The notes beneath the pieces were generated by a model, which made no database searches, was not told the DNA's origin, and was given only the letters and a program-made list of their open reading frames with translations. DNA of 63,399 nt, filler included, from Psammoneis japonica (Eukaryota), in the NCBI GenBank assembly GCA_008632985.1. It is 4 parts of 4 records of this genome, joined end to end, with 100 filler letters (N's around TTAATTAATTAA, not from the genome) between each part and the next. Parts side by side here need not be neighbours in the genome. Positions count along the whole stretch, not along the records: positions 51,633 to 63,399 come from QPGO01000414.1; 3 more parts are not named here. One strand, given 5' to 3'. This document shows positions 62,894 through 63,399 of the stretch, piece after piece. Numbering within the stretch: position 1 is the first letter of the stretch; every line of letters starts with the position of its first letter. The position numbers and the translations under genes were made by a program.

Positions 62894-63399
62894 CTGGTTG
62901 CACTCATCATTGTCAGCTGTCCACCGGACTTTGACGGTCCTTGGCACACACTGACGCATGCGCGCTCTTCCTCCTTTTGCGCCATGGCATCAGCAGAAGG
63001 TTCCCATCCAAGGGATGGCATCAGCTCCAGCCGGGGGAGGTTCTCCATGTCCTCCTGAGTCAGCTCGTGTGAGTCAAAGACCAAAGCAACACCTTGCGCA
63101 CGCAAGTGCACCCTGATTTTCAAGTCAAGGAAAACAACAGAGTGCGCGCTGTTGGGATCAAACTGGCGAGGGGTGTCGTGGACAGTCAGCTCACTTGCTC
63201 ACAGTTGGCTGGGGCACAGCAGGGTGTCAGTCATTCTTTCCCTGAAAAACACAGCCTCGTGGGCTGGCAGTGGGCGTGGCTGTCCATTGGCTGGATCAAC
63301 CCACATGGCAGCAGCCACGCAAATGGGACATTCCTCATTGGCACACACTCTTCGGAGCAAGGATGCACTGCAGCCCGAGACTTCAGGCAGTGTTGAAGA
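62894..63399 (-). mobile_element. Copia pol N-terminal (protease-proximal) fragment
   Basis: DTPRQFDPNSAHS.. and LPRLEL...WEP resemble the corresponding part of the first element; a related piece lies inside the satellite at ~55455-55560. Confidence 0.65.

Noticed and set aside
24000..63399. Hundreds of overlapping Cys/His-rich ORFs in all six frames
   Set aside because: They follow from loss of TAA/TAG stops and Tyr codons in TA-depleted DNA; they are not genes.

Overview
Eukaryotic genomic window, most likely from a diatom (CoDi-type copia elements, an Ambal-type LINE, short GT-AG introns). It is stitched from several contigs by N+TTAATTAATTAA+N linkers. A gene island of ordinary composition (~9.7-23.8 kb) holds a WD40 repeat gene, a sugar-transporter pseudogene, duplicated type I FAS/PKS fragments, a PfkB kinase, an ArsJ-like MFS gene running in frame into a degenerate type IA topoisomerase/HMG gene, and a Harbinger-type MITE. 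The rest is transposon and repeat DNA: one full-length copia element, several copia fragments, a Plavaka-like DNA transposon, MITEs, a ~3.5-4 kb inverted duplication, a 23-bp satellite and a LINE. The dominant signal is that TpA has been almost erased from the repeat regions by TA>TG and TA>CA (sometimes TA>CG) changes. Conserved Tyr residues have become Cys or His, TAA/TAG stops are lost, and the effect spills into neighbouring host genes. This looks like a regional, DNA-level A:T>G:C hypermutation system, the mirror image of fungal RIP. The responsible enzyme is not visible in the window.
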